From: Candidatus Saccharimonas aalborgensis
GTDB lineage: Bacteria; Patescibacteriota; Saccharimonadia; Saccharimonadales; Saccharimonadaceae
Direction of reading: 5' to 3'
Length of the DNA: 32,000 nt
Assembly (NCBI RefSeq): GCF_000392435.1
Contig: NC_021219.1
Span: forward strand, 180,001-212,000
Shown: one piece after another, positions 17,680-26,127 of the stretch
Numbering within the stretch: position 1 is the first letter of the stretch
Layout: every line of letters begins with the position of its first letter
The notes under the pieces: model-generated
The model's input: the letters and a program-made list of their open reading frames with translations, nothing else
Database searches by the model: none
Told to the model about the DNA's origin: nothing
Translations under genes and position numbers: made by a program

Positions 17680-17794
17680 TTATCGGGAGGGTACTGCCCT
17701 CCACTTCGCTCTCGAAATTAATTCGAGATCTCGCTCCACCCGCTAAACCCAGTACTTCGTACTGGTGCTGCTAGCGTTGGACATTTTCTATCAT

Positions 17795-17828
17795 AACAAA
17801 ACACCCCTCTTCCGAGAAGTGTTTTGTT
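17795..17828. repeat. Inverted repeat
   Basis: AACAAAACA ... TGTTTTGTT, 9-bp arms with an internal CTTC-CGA-GAAG. Confidence 0.7.
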
Positions 17829-17969
17829 GCTGCTACGCGCCCACCCGGGGCACGGTGTTGGTGAAGCTGTTTGTTTTTTCAATCGCAACGGGCACCCCGT
17901 ATGCGTACCAGCATCTTCATAGTATGCTACCGACCAGGAAAAAGCGCAAGCATGATATAGTAAACAGAG

Positions 17970-18218
17970 ATGAAAAAAACTCGTAACTCTATTATCCTTG
18001 ATGCAATCGGCTGGGCTGGGACAGTGCTCGTCATTGGCGGCTATGGCGCCTACGCAATCGGGCTCATTTCTGACGTAGTTATCTATCATATTTTCAATCT
18101 GTTTGGATCAATCGGCGTACTGGTACTCTCGACATATCGCCGAATTTGGCAACCGGTTGTTATCAATGGCTGTTTTGCCCTATTTGCCTTAATTGCCATT
18201 ATTCGTCATTACCTCTAG
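17970..18218 (+). CDS. Small membrane protein, 82 aa
   Basis: 'AIGWAGTVLVIGGYGAYAIG...HIFNLFGSIGVLVLSTYRR'; start preceded by TGA-TATAGT and an 8-nt gap. Confidence 0.65.
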   Translation: MKKTRNSIILDAIGWAGTVLVIGGYGAYAIGLISDVVIYHIFNLFGSIGVLVLSTYRRIWQPVVINGCFALFALIAIIRHYL

Positions 18219-18348
18219 CCAAATAACAACAAATGTGCTTAACTAGAGGTGTTCAGAACTATGTACACGTCATCAGTAAAGAGTCTTTTCTTTCTTGTAC
18301 CGGTACCTAGGGTCGATCTGACTCATTATTAACTACAAGAGAGAAGAA

Positions 18349-18669
18349 ATGGCAAAAGCAAATCTTTTCGTCGGCAGTCTTGCTTACGCAACCACTGACG
18401 ACAGCCTCAACGCTTTCTTTGCAACAGTTGGTCCTGTTGTTAGCGCTCGTGTTATCACTGACCGTGATAGCGGACGCAGCAAAGGCTTTGGCTTTGTCGA
18501 ATTCGAGAACGAAGACGACAACCAAAAAGCTATCGACCAGCTTAACGGCAAAGAGCTTGACGGCCGAACTATCGCTATCAGCGTTGCTCGTCCAAAGGAA
18601 GATCGCCCACGCGGCGGTAACTTTGGCGGCAACAACGACGGCAACTCATTCCGTCAGCGTAGCTGGTAA
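18349..18669 (+). CDS. RRM-domain RNA-binding protein
   Basis: RNP2 'LFVGSLAY' and RNP1 'KGFGFVEF', Arg/Gly/Asn-rich tail; RBS AGAGAGAAG. Confidence 0.96.
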   Translation: MAKANLFVGSLAYATTDDSLNAFFATVGPVVSARVITDRDSGRSKGFGFVEFENEDDNQKAIDQLNGKELDGRTIAISVARPKEDRPRGGNFGGNNDGNSFRQRSW

Positions 18670-18681
18670 ATGCAGTGAAAT

Positions 18682-18720
18682 AAAAACGATCGCTACCATT
18701 ATGGCGGCGATCGTTTTTTT
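18682..18720 (+). terminator. Rho-independent terminator of the RRM gene
   Basis: AAAACGATCGC...GCGATCGTTTTTTT stem with T-run. Confidence 0.9.
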
Positions 18721-18721
18721 G

Positions 18722-20521
18722 TTATCTCAGCTGATCTTTAAACATACGAAAGTATTCGCCCTTCAGCGCAACTAATTCCTGGTGCGTGCCCGATTCGGCA
18801 ATTCGCCCATCCTTCATCATATAGATAACGTCAGCTCGCTCGATAGTGCTAAGTCGATGGCTGATCATGATAAGCGTATGTTGTTTATCTTTAAATAGAT
18901 GCGAGAAAATCCGTGACTCTGCCAGTGCATCAATAGCACTGGTTGGTTCATCCAAAATAACAATCGGACTCTGACGATAGAAGTTACGTGCCAGAGCCAG
19001 TCGCTGCCATTGTCCTCCCGACAAATCAACACCAGGTGTGCCGTCATCGTGCTCGAGCCACTTATCGAGATTTGTGAGGTCACCCTTAGGTAGTTTCTCA
19101 ACGAACGAACGTGCCTCGGCTCGATCGAGGGCTTGTCGATAGCGCGCCTGGTTGAAATCACTGTCGATATCACCAAATCGTACATTGTCACGTGCATTTG
19201 TGTACCAATACTGGACAAAGTCTTGGTGTAGTACGCCGAGTTGTCGATGCCAGTCAGTCTTTTTTATCTCTCTTAGGTCGACACCATCTATTGTTATGGC
19301 TCCTCTCGACGGTTCATAGAGACCCAATAGGAGCTTAATCAACGTCGATTTACCAGCACCATTTTCACCGACAATCGCAATATGCTGATGACGTTTGATG
19401 GAAAGTGAAATGTCGTGCAGCACTTCTTGCTCGGCATTTGGGTACGCAAACCAAACATTTTCTACCGAAATGATTTTCGGGGAAACCGTGAGTGATGTCC
19501 GCCCCTGCTCTCCTGTCGGAATTGCCATAAACGCATCGTAGTCGAAAAGAGTGGCAAGATCTTCATCCATACTACTGTATTGGTTAATGAGAGAACCGAC
19601 ACTCGAAAGTGCTCGCGTCACCAGCGACTGCGCATACACAAATTGACCAATCGGCTGCCGTCTCGCAATAATCTCACCAACAATGTAGAGAAGGATACCA
19701 AGTTCGGCCGCCGCTTCAAAGAGCTGAGCGCCAAGCCGCTTAGTAATATACTTGCGTTCATAATCAATTTGTCCTTTTTTGTCGATATCACGCAAACGAG
19801 CATGCCATGCAATCAAGTGTGAAACAATGCCGTACATACGAAGTTCGGCAAAGTTTTTTGCCTGAAAAGAACTCCATCGAATCTGGCTCATCCGCCGCCT
19901 CGTCTCCACATTTTTCTTCCAGTGCGCTGATGATAGTCGAGACAATGCTAATTGCACCCACATACTGGGGATGACGGCAACGAGAATTACCGCACCCAAC
20001 CACACGTTGATGGTGGTCAGGGCAATCATAGCGATGATCGCCTGTATGATTGACGATATCATCTGAGCGATGGTATCGAAAAAACGCGAGAAAAAGTACG
20101 CAAAGTTTTGCGCTTTGTCAAATAAGTCTGCTGTCGACTTGTCATCATAGCGCCAAAACTCAATTCGTGAAAAATGCAGATGAAGTTGATCACTTACCGC
20201 CGCGTCAATTTGATAACGTGCCAATTCGGCGATATAACGTTCGATGCTACTCCATGCAACCTGTACCATACCGATAGCCGCAGTGATGATGACGTAGGTT
20301 GTTGCCATTTCCGCACTGCCCGCTTTGCCCGCAAATGCATCAGCCAGCGCCGTTGTCGACAGTGCCGCAAAATACGCAGTCACAATCGGCAAAATTGCAT
20401 CAATTAGTGCATTAAGTAATTTTACAAAGACGGCCAGTGGTGCAGCACGATATGTTGTCTTGGCAACACGCCACAATGCAACGAGCTTTTTTTGTACTGA
20501 TAGTTCAACCACCGCCGGCAC
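18722..20521 (-). CDS. ABC exporter, fused permease and ATPase
   Basis: 'IVGENGAGKSTLIKLLLGLYEP' Walker A, 'VDLSGGQWQRLALARNF' signature, 'SPIVILDEPTSAID'; N-terminal TM domain. Confidence 0.95.
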   Translation of the reverse strand: MPAVVELSVQKKLVALWRVAKTTYRAAPLAVFVKLLNALIDAILPIVTAYFAALSTTALADAFAGKAGSAEMATTYVIITAAIGMVQVAWSSIERYIAELARYQIDAAVSDQLHLHFSRIEFWRYDDKSTADLFDKAQNFAYFFSRFFDTIAQMISSIIQAIIAMIALTTINVWLGAVILVAVIPSMWVQLALSRLSSAHWKKNVETRRRMSQIRWSSFQAKNFAELRMYGIVSHLIAWHARLRDIDKKGQIDYERKYITKRLGAQLFEAAAELGILLYIVGEIIARRQPIGQFVYAQSLVTRALSSVGSLINQYSSMDEDLATLFDYDAFMAIPTGEQGRTSLTVSPKIISVENVWFAYPNAEQEVLHDISLSIKRHQHIAIVGENGAGKSTLIKLLLGLYEPSRGAITIDGVDLREIKKTDWHRQLGVLHQDFVQYWYTNARDNVRFGDIDSDFNQARYRQALDRAEARSFVEKLPKGDLTNLDKWLEHDDGTPGVDLSGGQWQRLALARNFYRQSPIVILDEPTSAIDALAESRIFSHLFKDKQHTLIMISHRLSTIERADVIYMMKDGRIAESGTHQELVALKGEYFRMFKDQLR

Positions 20522-20523
20522 TA

Positions 20524-21276
20524 CTAAGCCCCTTGCGTTTGGCTGGTTTTTTGTGAAGACGTACGTGTTGCAAGTTGTCTCTGTCGATAATATTCAGGCA
20601 GCACCACCCCGACCAGCGCAACAGCCAGCAGAACAGCAAAGCCGCACATAATCGATGGGATGCCCTTGATTGTGGCGGGGTCGACAATATTTACGGCCGT
20701 AGTAGGCACGATAAACACGAGATAGCCGGCTGCCAGACCTCTGAGCGCACGACTGATATGAGGAGCCGAGGCTTTCTTTGCGTGTGATAAACAATAGAAC
20801 GTTCCAGCCAATAGCCAGCCATAGTAGTAGAACGCGTACCAGCCAATCGCCATGGGAGCAGACTGGAAAATAACATAATTACCCAAGCATGCGCTTGAAG
20901 AAATGCCGTGTCCTGTCAAAGCAAAGAATCCAGCAAAGAGTGCGGCGGATCCATAGGCGGCCATCAGCATCGTACGATTACGACGTCCGGCAATGCGTGA
21001 CGCAAGATGAAAGCCGAGTGGTGGTAACAAAGTAATTGCAACATAGCCTATGCGTGCCCACGATAAGCTATCGACCCCAAAGCTTCCTTCACATATGTTG
21101 TACTCAGCAAGTTGAAATACGGCAAGGAAGAATAAGATCGCGATAGAAAGCTTTGAAACAGCATCAAGTGTGTAGCGCCACCCTACATACAGTGCGAGCC
21201 CTATCTCGATCATAAATGTTGCTAGCATCACTGGTGGCGAAAAGCATGACATTTGCAGTGGTTTGTAGTATCGCAT
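20524..21276 (-). CDS. Polytopic membrane protein of unknown function
   Basis: ORF 20524..21339 with likely start ATG at 21276 (MRYYKPLQMS...); many hydrophobic segments; 2 nt upstream of the ABC gene. Confidence 0.7.
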   Translation of the reverse strand: MRYYKPLQMSCFSPPVMLATFMIEIGLALYVGWRYTLDAVSKLSIAILFFLAVFQLAEYNICEGSFGVDSLSWARIGYVAITLLPPLGFHLASRIAGRRNRTMLMAAYGSAALFAGFFALTGHGISSSACLGNYVIFQSAPMAIGWYAFYYYGWLLAGTFYCLSHAKKASAPHISRALRGLAAGYLVFIVPTTAVNIVDPATIKGIPSIMCGFAVLLAVALVGVVLPEYYRQRQLATRTSSQKTSQTQGA

Positions 21277-21321
21277 GTGCCTATCATAGCAAATCTCTCC
21301 TTTTACGCACAGCAATCGTAA

Positions 21322-21342
21322 TTGGTGTACTATTGACACTAA
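21322..21342 (+). promoter_or_regulatory. Candidate NrtR operator 1 upstream of nadE
   Basis: TTGGTGT-ACTATTG-ACACTAA; overlaps the -35 TTGACA (21333-21338). Confidence 0.65.
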
Positions 21343-21361
21343 ATTTTCTGTCTCGTATATT
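21333..21361 (+). promoter_or_regulatory. nadE promoter
   Basis: TTGACA-N17-TATATT. Confidence 0.75.
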
Positions 21362-21381
21362 TAGTGTATAAAGTACACTAA
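21361..21381 (+). promoter_or_regulatory. Candidate NrtR operator 2 upstream of nadE
   Basis: TTAGTGT-ATAAAGT-ACACTAA; flanking bases extend the palindrome to 21360-21382. Confidence 0.8.
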
Positions 21382-21397
21382 ATGAAAGCAGGTTATC

Positions 21398-22201
21398 ATG
21401 CGCGAACGACAACATGAAATTATCGAGAAGCTCGGTGTCAAACCAATAATAGATCCACGCGAAGAAGTAGAACAACGTACCCACCTCCTTGCCAGCTATT
21501 TGCGCGAGCATCACAGAGCCGGATACACACTAGGCATATCAGGTGGGCAGGATTCACTTCTCGTGGGGCTACTCGCGCAGCGGGCGGTCATGCTCAATCG
21601 AACCCTTGGCTATGACTCGACATTTTCGGCAATACTACTCCCCTATGGCACACAGGCCGATAGAGCTGATGCGCTGCTAGCAATTGATACGATCAAGCCT
21701 GATCATACTATCGATTTTAATATTGCCTCCGTTGTGGACGCGTTTGTATCCTCATATGATGCCGCAAGTGGGGAATCATTGACCGATTTTCACAAAGGAA
21801 ACGTCAAAGCGCGAACTCGGATGATGGCACAATATGCAGTTGCCGGCATGCATGATCAAGTCGTACTCAGTACAGACCATGCCGCTGAAGCCTTGGTTGG
21901 ATTCTTTACAAAATTTGGTGATGGTGCCGCCGATGTCGCTCCTATCGCCACGCTCAATAAACGTCAAGGTAGACAAGTGCTACGCTTCCTTGATGTACCC
22001 GAGGTATTTATTACAAAAGTGCCGACTGCTGACCTGCTCGATGCTACTCCTTCTCAGCCAGACGAAGTTGAACTAGGAATGACCTACGAAGATTTCGATG
22101 ATTATCTCGAAGGTTTTGAAGTTCCCGAAGAGAAAGCTATTGCTATTGAGCGCAGGCATGCTGCCATCTTGCACAAGCTCGAGCCAATTGTGAGGTTTTA
22201 G
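21398..22201 (+). CDS. nadE: Ammonia-dependent NAD synthetase
   Basis: 'YTLGISGGQDSLLVGLLAQ', 'GNVKARTRMMAQYAVAG', 'VLSTDHAAEALVGFFTKFGDGAADVAPI'. Confidence 0.97.
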   Translation: MRERQHEIIEKLGVKPIIDPREEVEQRTHLLASYLREHHRAGYTLGISGGQDSLLVGLLAQRAVMLNRTLGYDSTFSAILLPYGTQADRADALLAIDTIKPDHTIDFNIASVVDAFVSSYDAASGESLTDFHKGNVKARTRMMAQYAVAGMHDQVVLSTDHAAEALVGFFTKFGDGAADVAPIATLNKRQGRQVLRFLDVPEVFITKVPTADLLDATPSQPDEVELGMTYEDFDDYLEGFEVPEEKAIAIERRHAAILHKLEPIVRF

Positions 22202-22255
22202 TCAATTATGTCGGATTGTTGAGTGCCTTTTCAAACGATCTATTGTATTGTAGAC

Positions 22256-22276
22256 TTAGTGTATGAAGTACAGTAG
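22256..22276 (+). promoter_or_regulatory. Candidate NrtR operator overlapping the nrtR start codon
   Basis: TTAGTGT-ATGAAGT-ACAGTAG; the ATG at 22263 is the first base triplet of the spacer. Confidence 0.65.
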
Positions 22277-22940
22277 CCCCTATGTCCCACCTACACTGAC
22301 CGTTGACGCTGTTATATTTCAACTTCACGGTGATAAACTAGAGGTTCTCCTCACCCAGCGTGAAAGCGATCCTTTCAAGGGGGAGTGGGCACTACCGGGT
22401 GGATACAATGCTGTCGGCAGCACTACCATTGAGGCACTTACTGAAATTGTTTTGCGCAAGACGGGCGTTGATCTCGACAACGATCTCGCTTATATCGAAC
22501 AGCTCTATACGTTTGACACGGTCGCTCGCGATCCGAGAGGACATGCCGTATCTGTTACCTATATGGGCTGTAGTCGAGCTATCACCCTCGGTACCGGCAG
22601 CCAGCATGCTGAGTTTTTTCCCGTCGATAGGCTTCCCAATCTCGCCTATGACCATGCGAGCATCATCACCTATGCCCAGGAACGTCTCGCAGCAAAGCTC
22701 ACCTATACCAATGCCGTGTCGGGGTTACTCGACAAGAAGTTTACGCTTTCCCAGCTGCAAACAGCATATGAGGCGGTGATGGGACGCTTGCTCGATAAAC
22801 GAAACTTCCGCAAAAAGTTTCTCACGCTCAATCTCATTCATGAGACGCCAGATACCTGGCGAGATGGTGCGCATCGCCCAGCAAAGTTATATGCATTCAA
22901 TTCGTCAAGCCTTGAGGTTCTTTCTCGAAGTTTCGACTAG
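22263..22940 (+). CDS. nrtR: NrtR-like Nudix-domain transcriptional regulator of NAD metabolism
   Basis: 'LTVDAVIFQLHGDKLEVLLTQRESDPFKGEWALPGGY', imperfect Nudix box (LTEIVLRKTGVD), C-terminal winged-helix-like region ending 'HRPAKLYAF'; flanked by NAD genes. Confidence 0.85.
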   Translation: MKYSSPYVPPTLTVDAVIFQLHGDKLEVLLTQRESDPFKGEWALPGGYNAVGSTTIEALTEIVLRKTGVDLDNDLAYIEQLYTFDTVARDPRGHAVSVTYMGCSRAITLGTGSQHAEFFPVDRLPNLAYDHASIITYAQERLAAKLTYTNAVSGLLDKKFTLSQLQTAYEAVMGRLLDKRNFRKKFLTLNLIHETPDTWRDGAHRPAKLYAFNSSSLEVLSRSFD

Positions 22941-23047
22941 CTAACACATAACATACACACCATCTCAATTCCCTATGCAAAACAGTGTGGCCAGAAAACA
23001 CACAATAGGGTAAATGGGTTCATATTCTGACAAATTGTTGAATAGCG

Positions 23048-23076
23048 TTGACAATACACTATTCGCTTGGTAGACT
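23048..23076 (+). promoter_or_regulatory. pnuC promoter
   Basis: TTGACA-N17-TAGACT. Confidence 0.65.
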
Positions 23077-23084
23077 GAAATTAG

Positions 23085-23105
23085 TTAGTGTAATATGTAC
23101 AATTA
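23085..23105 (+). promoter_or_regulatory. Candidate NrtR operator upstream of pnuC
   Basis: TTAGTGT-AATATGT-ACAATTA, just downstream of the promoter. Confidence 0.6.
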
Positions 23106-23125
23106 GTACGGGAAGGAACACTCCA

Positions 23126-23845
23126 ATGAAAAAACTATTAACCACTAGTCGGGTCAGCAATACGCGAGATATCGCGGAAAGTGTATTTATAGGAGTTATC
23201 CTGACTACGCTTTCCTATGTCGTAGGTCTAAACGCCGGATGGGTTTCAAGTCTTAATCTGCTCGAGATTTTTGCCGTTTTTACCTCCTACTCAAGCACTT
23301 ATCTCTGCGTAAAAGAGCGACGCGCAAATTACCCGATCGGCGCTATCAGTACGGCCGCGTATATGCTACTGTTTCTGCAAAATGGGCTACTTGCCAGCGC
23401 CATTCTCAATGCTTATCTCACCCCCACGCTCATCTATGGGTGGATCAGGTGGCGCAAAGACAAGCAAACACGACCTGTCACCCACGTGCAACTTCAGTGG
23501 ATACCTGTCTATCTAGCCGTAGCTGGTGTCGGCTACGCTGGAGCAGCACTCATCAGTCAACAATTTGGCGGCACTATGGCATGGACGGATTCGATGATTT
23601 TGGCTGCTACCATTCTGGCTCAATTTTTGCTTGACAACAAAAAGCTAGAAAACTGGGTTGTATGGGCCGTTGTCAATGTGTTTGCTATCTATACCTACGC
23701 CACCACTGGACTACCACTTGTCGCCTTCCAATATGTGTTTTTCCTCCTCAACACAGTGTATGGATTTATGATGTGGCAACGGAGTAAAAAGATAACCGAC
23801 ACTCTACCGACTCACGCTGATACCGGCGTTCCCATGGAGGCATAG
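23126..23845 (+). CDS. pnuC: Nicotinamide riboside transporter PnuC
   Basis: 'LLEIFAVFTSYSSTYLCVKERRANYPIGAISTAAYMLLF', 'YLTPTLIYGWIRWRKD', 'YVFFLLNTVYGFMMWQR'; start ATG with GGAAGGA RBS. Confidence 0.92.
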   Translation: MKKLLTTSRVSNTRDIAESVFIGVILTTLSYVVGLNAGWVSSLNLLEIFAVFTSYSSTYLCVKERRANYPIGAISTAAYMLLFLQNGLLASAILNAYLTPTLIYGWIRWRKDKQTRPVTHVQLQWIPVYLAVAGVGYAGAALISQQFGGTMAWTDSMILAATILAQFLLDNKKLENWVVWAVVNVFAIYTYATTGLPLVAFQYVFFLLNTVYGFMMWQRSKKITDTLPTHADTGVPMEA

Positions 23846-23846
23846 C

Positions 23847-24386
23847 ATGAAACCATTTACCGTTACCATCATTGGCGCAGAGTCCACCGGCAAAACGAGT
23901 CTTTCTCGCCAGCTTGCCGATACAATGGATGGTGACTGGGTTCCTGAATTCGCCCGCCCCTACCTTGAAGTTACCGACGGCATCACAAATATCAGCTCGA
24001 TGCTCGCAATATGGCAAGGGCAACTAGCACTGCAACACGTTGCCACACAGTCGCCGCGACCGTACGTTATCCTCGACACCGATCTCTATGCAACTGTTGG
24101 TTACTGGAAGCTCCCGCAGAGCAAATCGTATCTTGGCGCATGTCCTGAAAAACTTATAGAAGACGCCGCATTATACCAATCAAACCTTTATCTCGTCACG
24201 CAAAGTAACATTCCCTTTGAGCCAGATGCGCTACGCTATGGCGGCGACAAACGAGAAAGCACAGATGAGTATTGGATACGACTCTGCAAAAGCTATCAAC
24301 TACCCTACCATGTTATATCGGCAGCTAACCGTGATGAGCGCTTAGCTGAAGCAATTGGCATCATAAACGAAAGGAGTGCACAATGA
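23847..24386 (+). CDS. AAA/NadR-like nicotinamide riboside kinase-type P-loop protein, standalone
   Basis: 'TIIGAESTGKTSLSRQLADTMDGDWVPEFARPYLE', 'VILDTDLYATVGYWK'; paralogous to the C-terminal domain of the next gene. Confidence 0.85.
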   Translation: MKPFTVTIIGAESTGKTSLSRQLADTMDGDWVPEFARPYLEVTDGITNISSMLAIWQGQLALQHVATQSPRPYVILDTDLYATVGYWKLPQSKSYLGACPEKLIEDAALYQSNLYLVTQSNIPFEPDALRYGGDKRESTDEYWIRLCKSYQLPYHVISAANRDERLAEAIGIINERSAQ

Positions 24387-25354
24387 AAGGTCTTGTTATC
24401 GGAAAGTTTTACCCACCTCACCTTGGGCACAACTACCTTATCGATACCGCCCTCAAGAACTGTGAGTCTGTCGACGTGCTCGTCGTTGATAACCCGGCAT
24501 ATCACATTGCTGCCGAGAAGCGACGCGAGTGGCTTCAGGCTCGCCACCCTACTGCCCACGTTACCATTATCCCTGATATCAATAATGACGATGACTCGGT
24601 GGCGTGGGCCGCACATACGATGCAGTTTCTCGGCTACAAACCTGATGTTGTCTATAGCTCCGAAGACTATGGTGACCCATGGGCGCGGTATATGGGTGCG
24701 CAAAGTATCGTTGTCGACAAAGCACGTACTGCCGTACCAATTTCAGGCACAAAAGTTCGTGAGGATATGCTTGCTTCCTGGCAGTATCTTTCGGACGAGA
24801 CAAAGGCCGGACTAGCACTTCGCATCGTCATCGTCGGTGCCGAGTCAACTGGTACAACGACTCTGTCGAGAGACCTAGCCGCCGCGCTCAACGCACCGTG
24901 GGCACCCGAGATTGGTAGATACTACACCGAATCGATTTTGACGACCGACAAAGCATGGTGCGACGATGACTTTTATCGAATCGGTAAATTACAACAAAAC
25001 TACGAGGCGGAAATGGCAAAACGCAGTGACGGCGTTGTCGTGTGTGATACCAATGCGGTCGCGACAGAACTCTGGCAACGCCGCTATATGGGGCGTACTA
25101 CGAAGGCCATGCACGCTATTGCCGCCCAGGATAAAGCTGATCTTTATATTATTACCGGCGATGAAATCCCGTTTGTACAAGATGGTATCCGCGACGGTGA
25201 GCACATCAGACATCGCATGCACCAATGGTTTATCGGCCATATCAAAAAAACAGGAATCCCTTACATCATTGTTTCTGGAACGCGAAGGCAACGTCTCCGC
25301 AAAGCCCATCAAGTCTCGAAAAAAATGATACGAGAGAAAAAAGTTATTTTTTAA
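24383..25354 (+). CDS. nadR: NadR: NMN adenylyltransferase domain fused to ribosylnicotinamide kinase-like domain
   Basis: 'VIGKFYPPHLGHNYLIDTAL' nucleotidyltransferase motif, 'PISGTKVRED', and 'IVGAESTGTTTLSRDLAAALNAPWAPEIGRYYTE'. Confidence 0.93.
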   Translation: MKGLVIGKFYPPHLGHNYLIDTALKNCESVDVLVVDNPAYHIAAEKRREWLQARHPTAHVTIIPDINNDDDSVAWAAHTMQFLGYKPDVVYSSEDYGDPWARYMGAQSIVVDKARTAVPISGTKVREDMLASWQYLSDETKAGLALRIVIVGAESTGTTTLSRDLAAALNAPWAPEIGRYYTESILTTDKAWCDDDFYRIGKLQQNYEAEMAKRSDGVVVCDTNAVATELWQRRYMGRTTKAMHAIAAQDKADLYIITGDEIPFVQDGIRDGEHIRHRMHQWFIGHIKKTGIPYIIVSGTRRQRLRKAHQVSKKMIREKKVIF

Positions 25355-25361
25355 TAAAAAA

Positions 25362-25382
25362 TTAGTGTTCAAATCACACTAA
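25362..25382 (+). promoter_or_regulatory. Candidate NrtR operator upstream of pncA
   Basis: TTAGTGT-TCAAATC-ACACTAA, perfect half-sites with the same 7-nt spacer. Confidence 0.8.
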
Positions 25383-25399
25383 TATATAAAGGAGTTGTT

Positions 25400-26125
25400 A
25401 TGAAAACAAGTAAAGAAACGAGCAGGATATATGGCGAAGTAGTCGCCATCAATGTTGACTTACAAAATGACTTTTGTCCGGGCGGAAGCCTCGCTGTTGA
25501 GGACGGAGATCGAGTGATCGAGCCGATAAATAGGCTCAGTGCTTGGGTGCGAGAACACGGCGGTATGGTCGTCGACACCGCCGATGAACATCCGAAAGTA
25601 ACAAATCATTTCGCTGAGTATGGGGGGACATGGCCGGTCCACTGTGTCGTAGATACCCCAGGTGCCGCCCTACACCGCAATCTGACCATCGAACCATCAG
25701 ATGCCCTAGCCCGAAAAGGTGTAGCGCCTAACGACGCGGGGTACTCAGGCTATGACGCTGTCTTAAAACCACGTGCTACCGTGCCCAACGATATCGTCAG
25801 TGATCTCCCAGAAGAGGAACAGACGGTCGGCAGATTCCTGGAAAGAGTGGTGCGAGTTAACCGTAGTCTTGGTTCAAGGACACTTATCCTCCTCACAGGA
25901 CTGGCTGGTGACTACTGCGTATCGGCAACGGGACGACCCATCCTTGAGAAGCTCCCATCAGAATGGACAGACCTCATCTGGGTGAGTGATGCGATTCGGA
26001 GCGTCAATCAAGAAAATGGTGAGATTGAAAAACAAGCCTCGATTGAAGCAGGTGCCTTGGTTATGACAACGGAAGAAATCTTAGCCGGAGGCATTGTCAT
26101 TGATCGTGGGCGCCTGGAGAACTAG
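25400..26125 (+). CDS. pncA: Nicotinamidase
   Basis: 'AINVDLQNDFCPGGSLAVEDGDRVIEPINRL', 'WPVHCVVDTPGAAL', 'LAGDYCVSATG'; AGGAG RBS. Confidence 0.93.
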   Translation: MKTSKETSRIYGEVVAINVDLQNDFCPGGSLAVEDGDRVIEPINRLSAWVREHGGMVVDTADEHPKVTNHFAEYGGTWPVHCVVDTPGAALHRNLTIEPSDALARKGVAPNDAGYSGYDAVLKPRATVPNDIVSDLPEEEQTVGRFLERVVRVNRSLGSRTLILLTGLAGDYCVSATGRPILEKLPSEWTDLIWVSDAIRSVNQENGEIEKQASIEAGALVMTTEEILAGGIVIDRGRLEN

Positions 26126-26127
26126 CC

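Noticed and set aside
17603-17790. Possible T-box riboswitch upstream of tRNA-Ala
   Set aside because: No T-box core sequence (AGGGUGGNACCGCG-like) and the downstream gene is a tRNA, not a synthetase or amino acid gene.
17718-18089. Minus-strand ORF of 123 aa and other antisense ORFs in the track (for example 15854..16237, 24305..24703, 24989..25372)
   Set aside because: They lie opposite well-supported genes or in structured non-coding DNA, have low-complexity Cys/Ser/Arg-rich translations and no recognisable motif.
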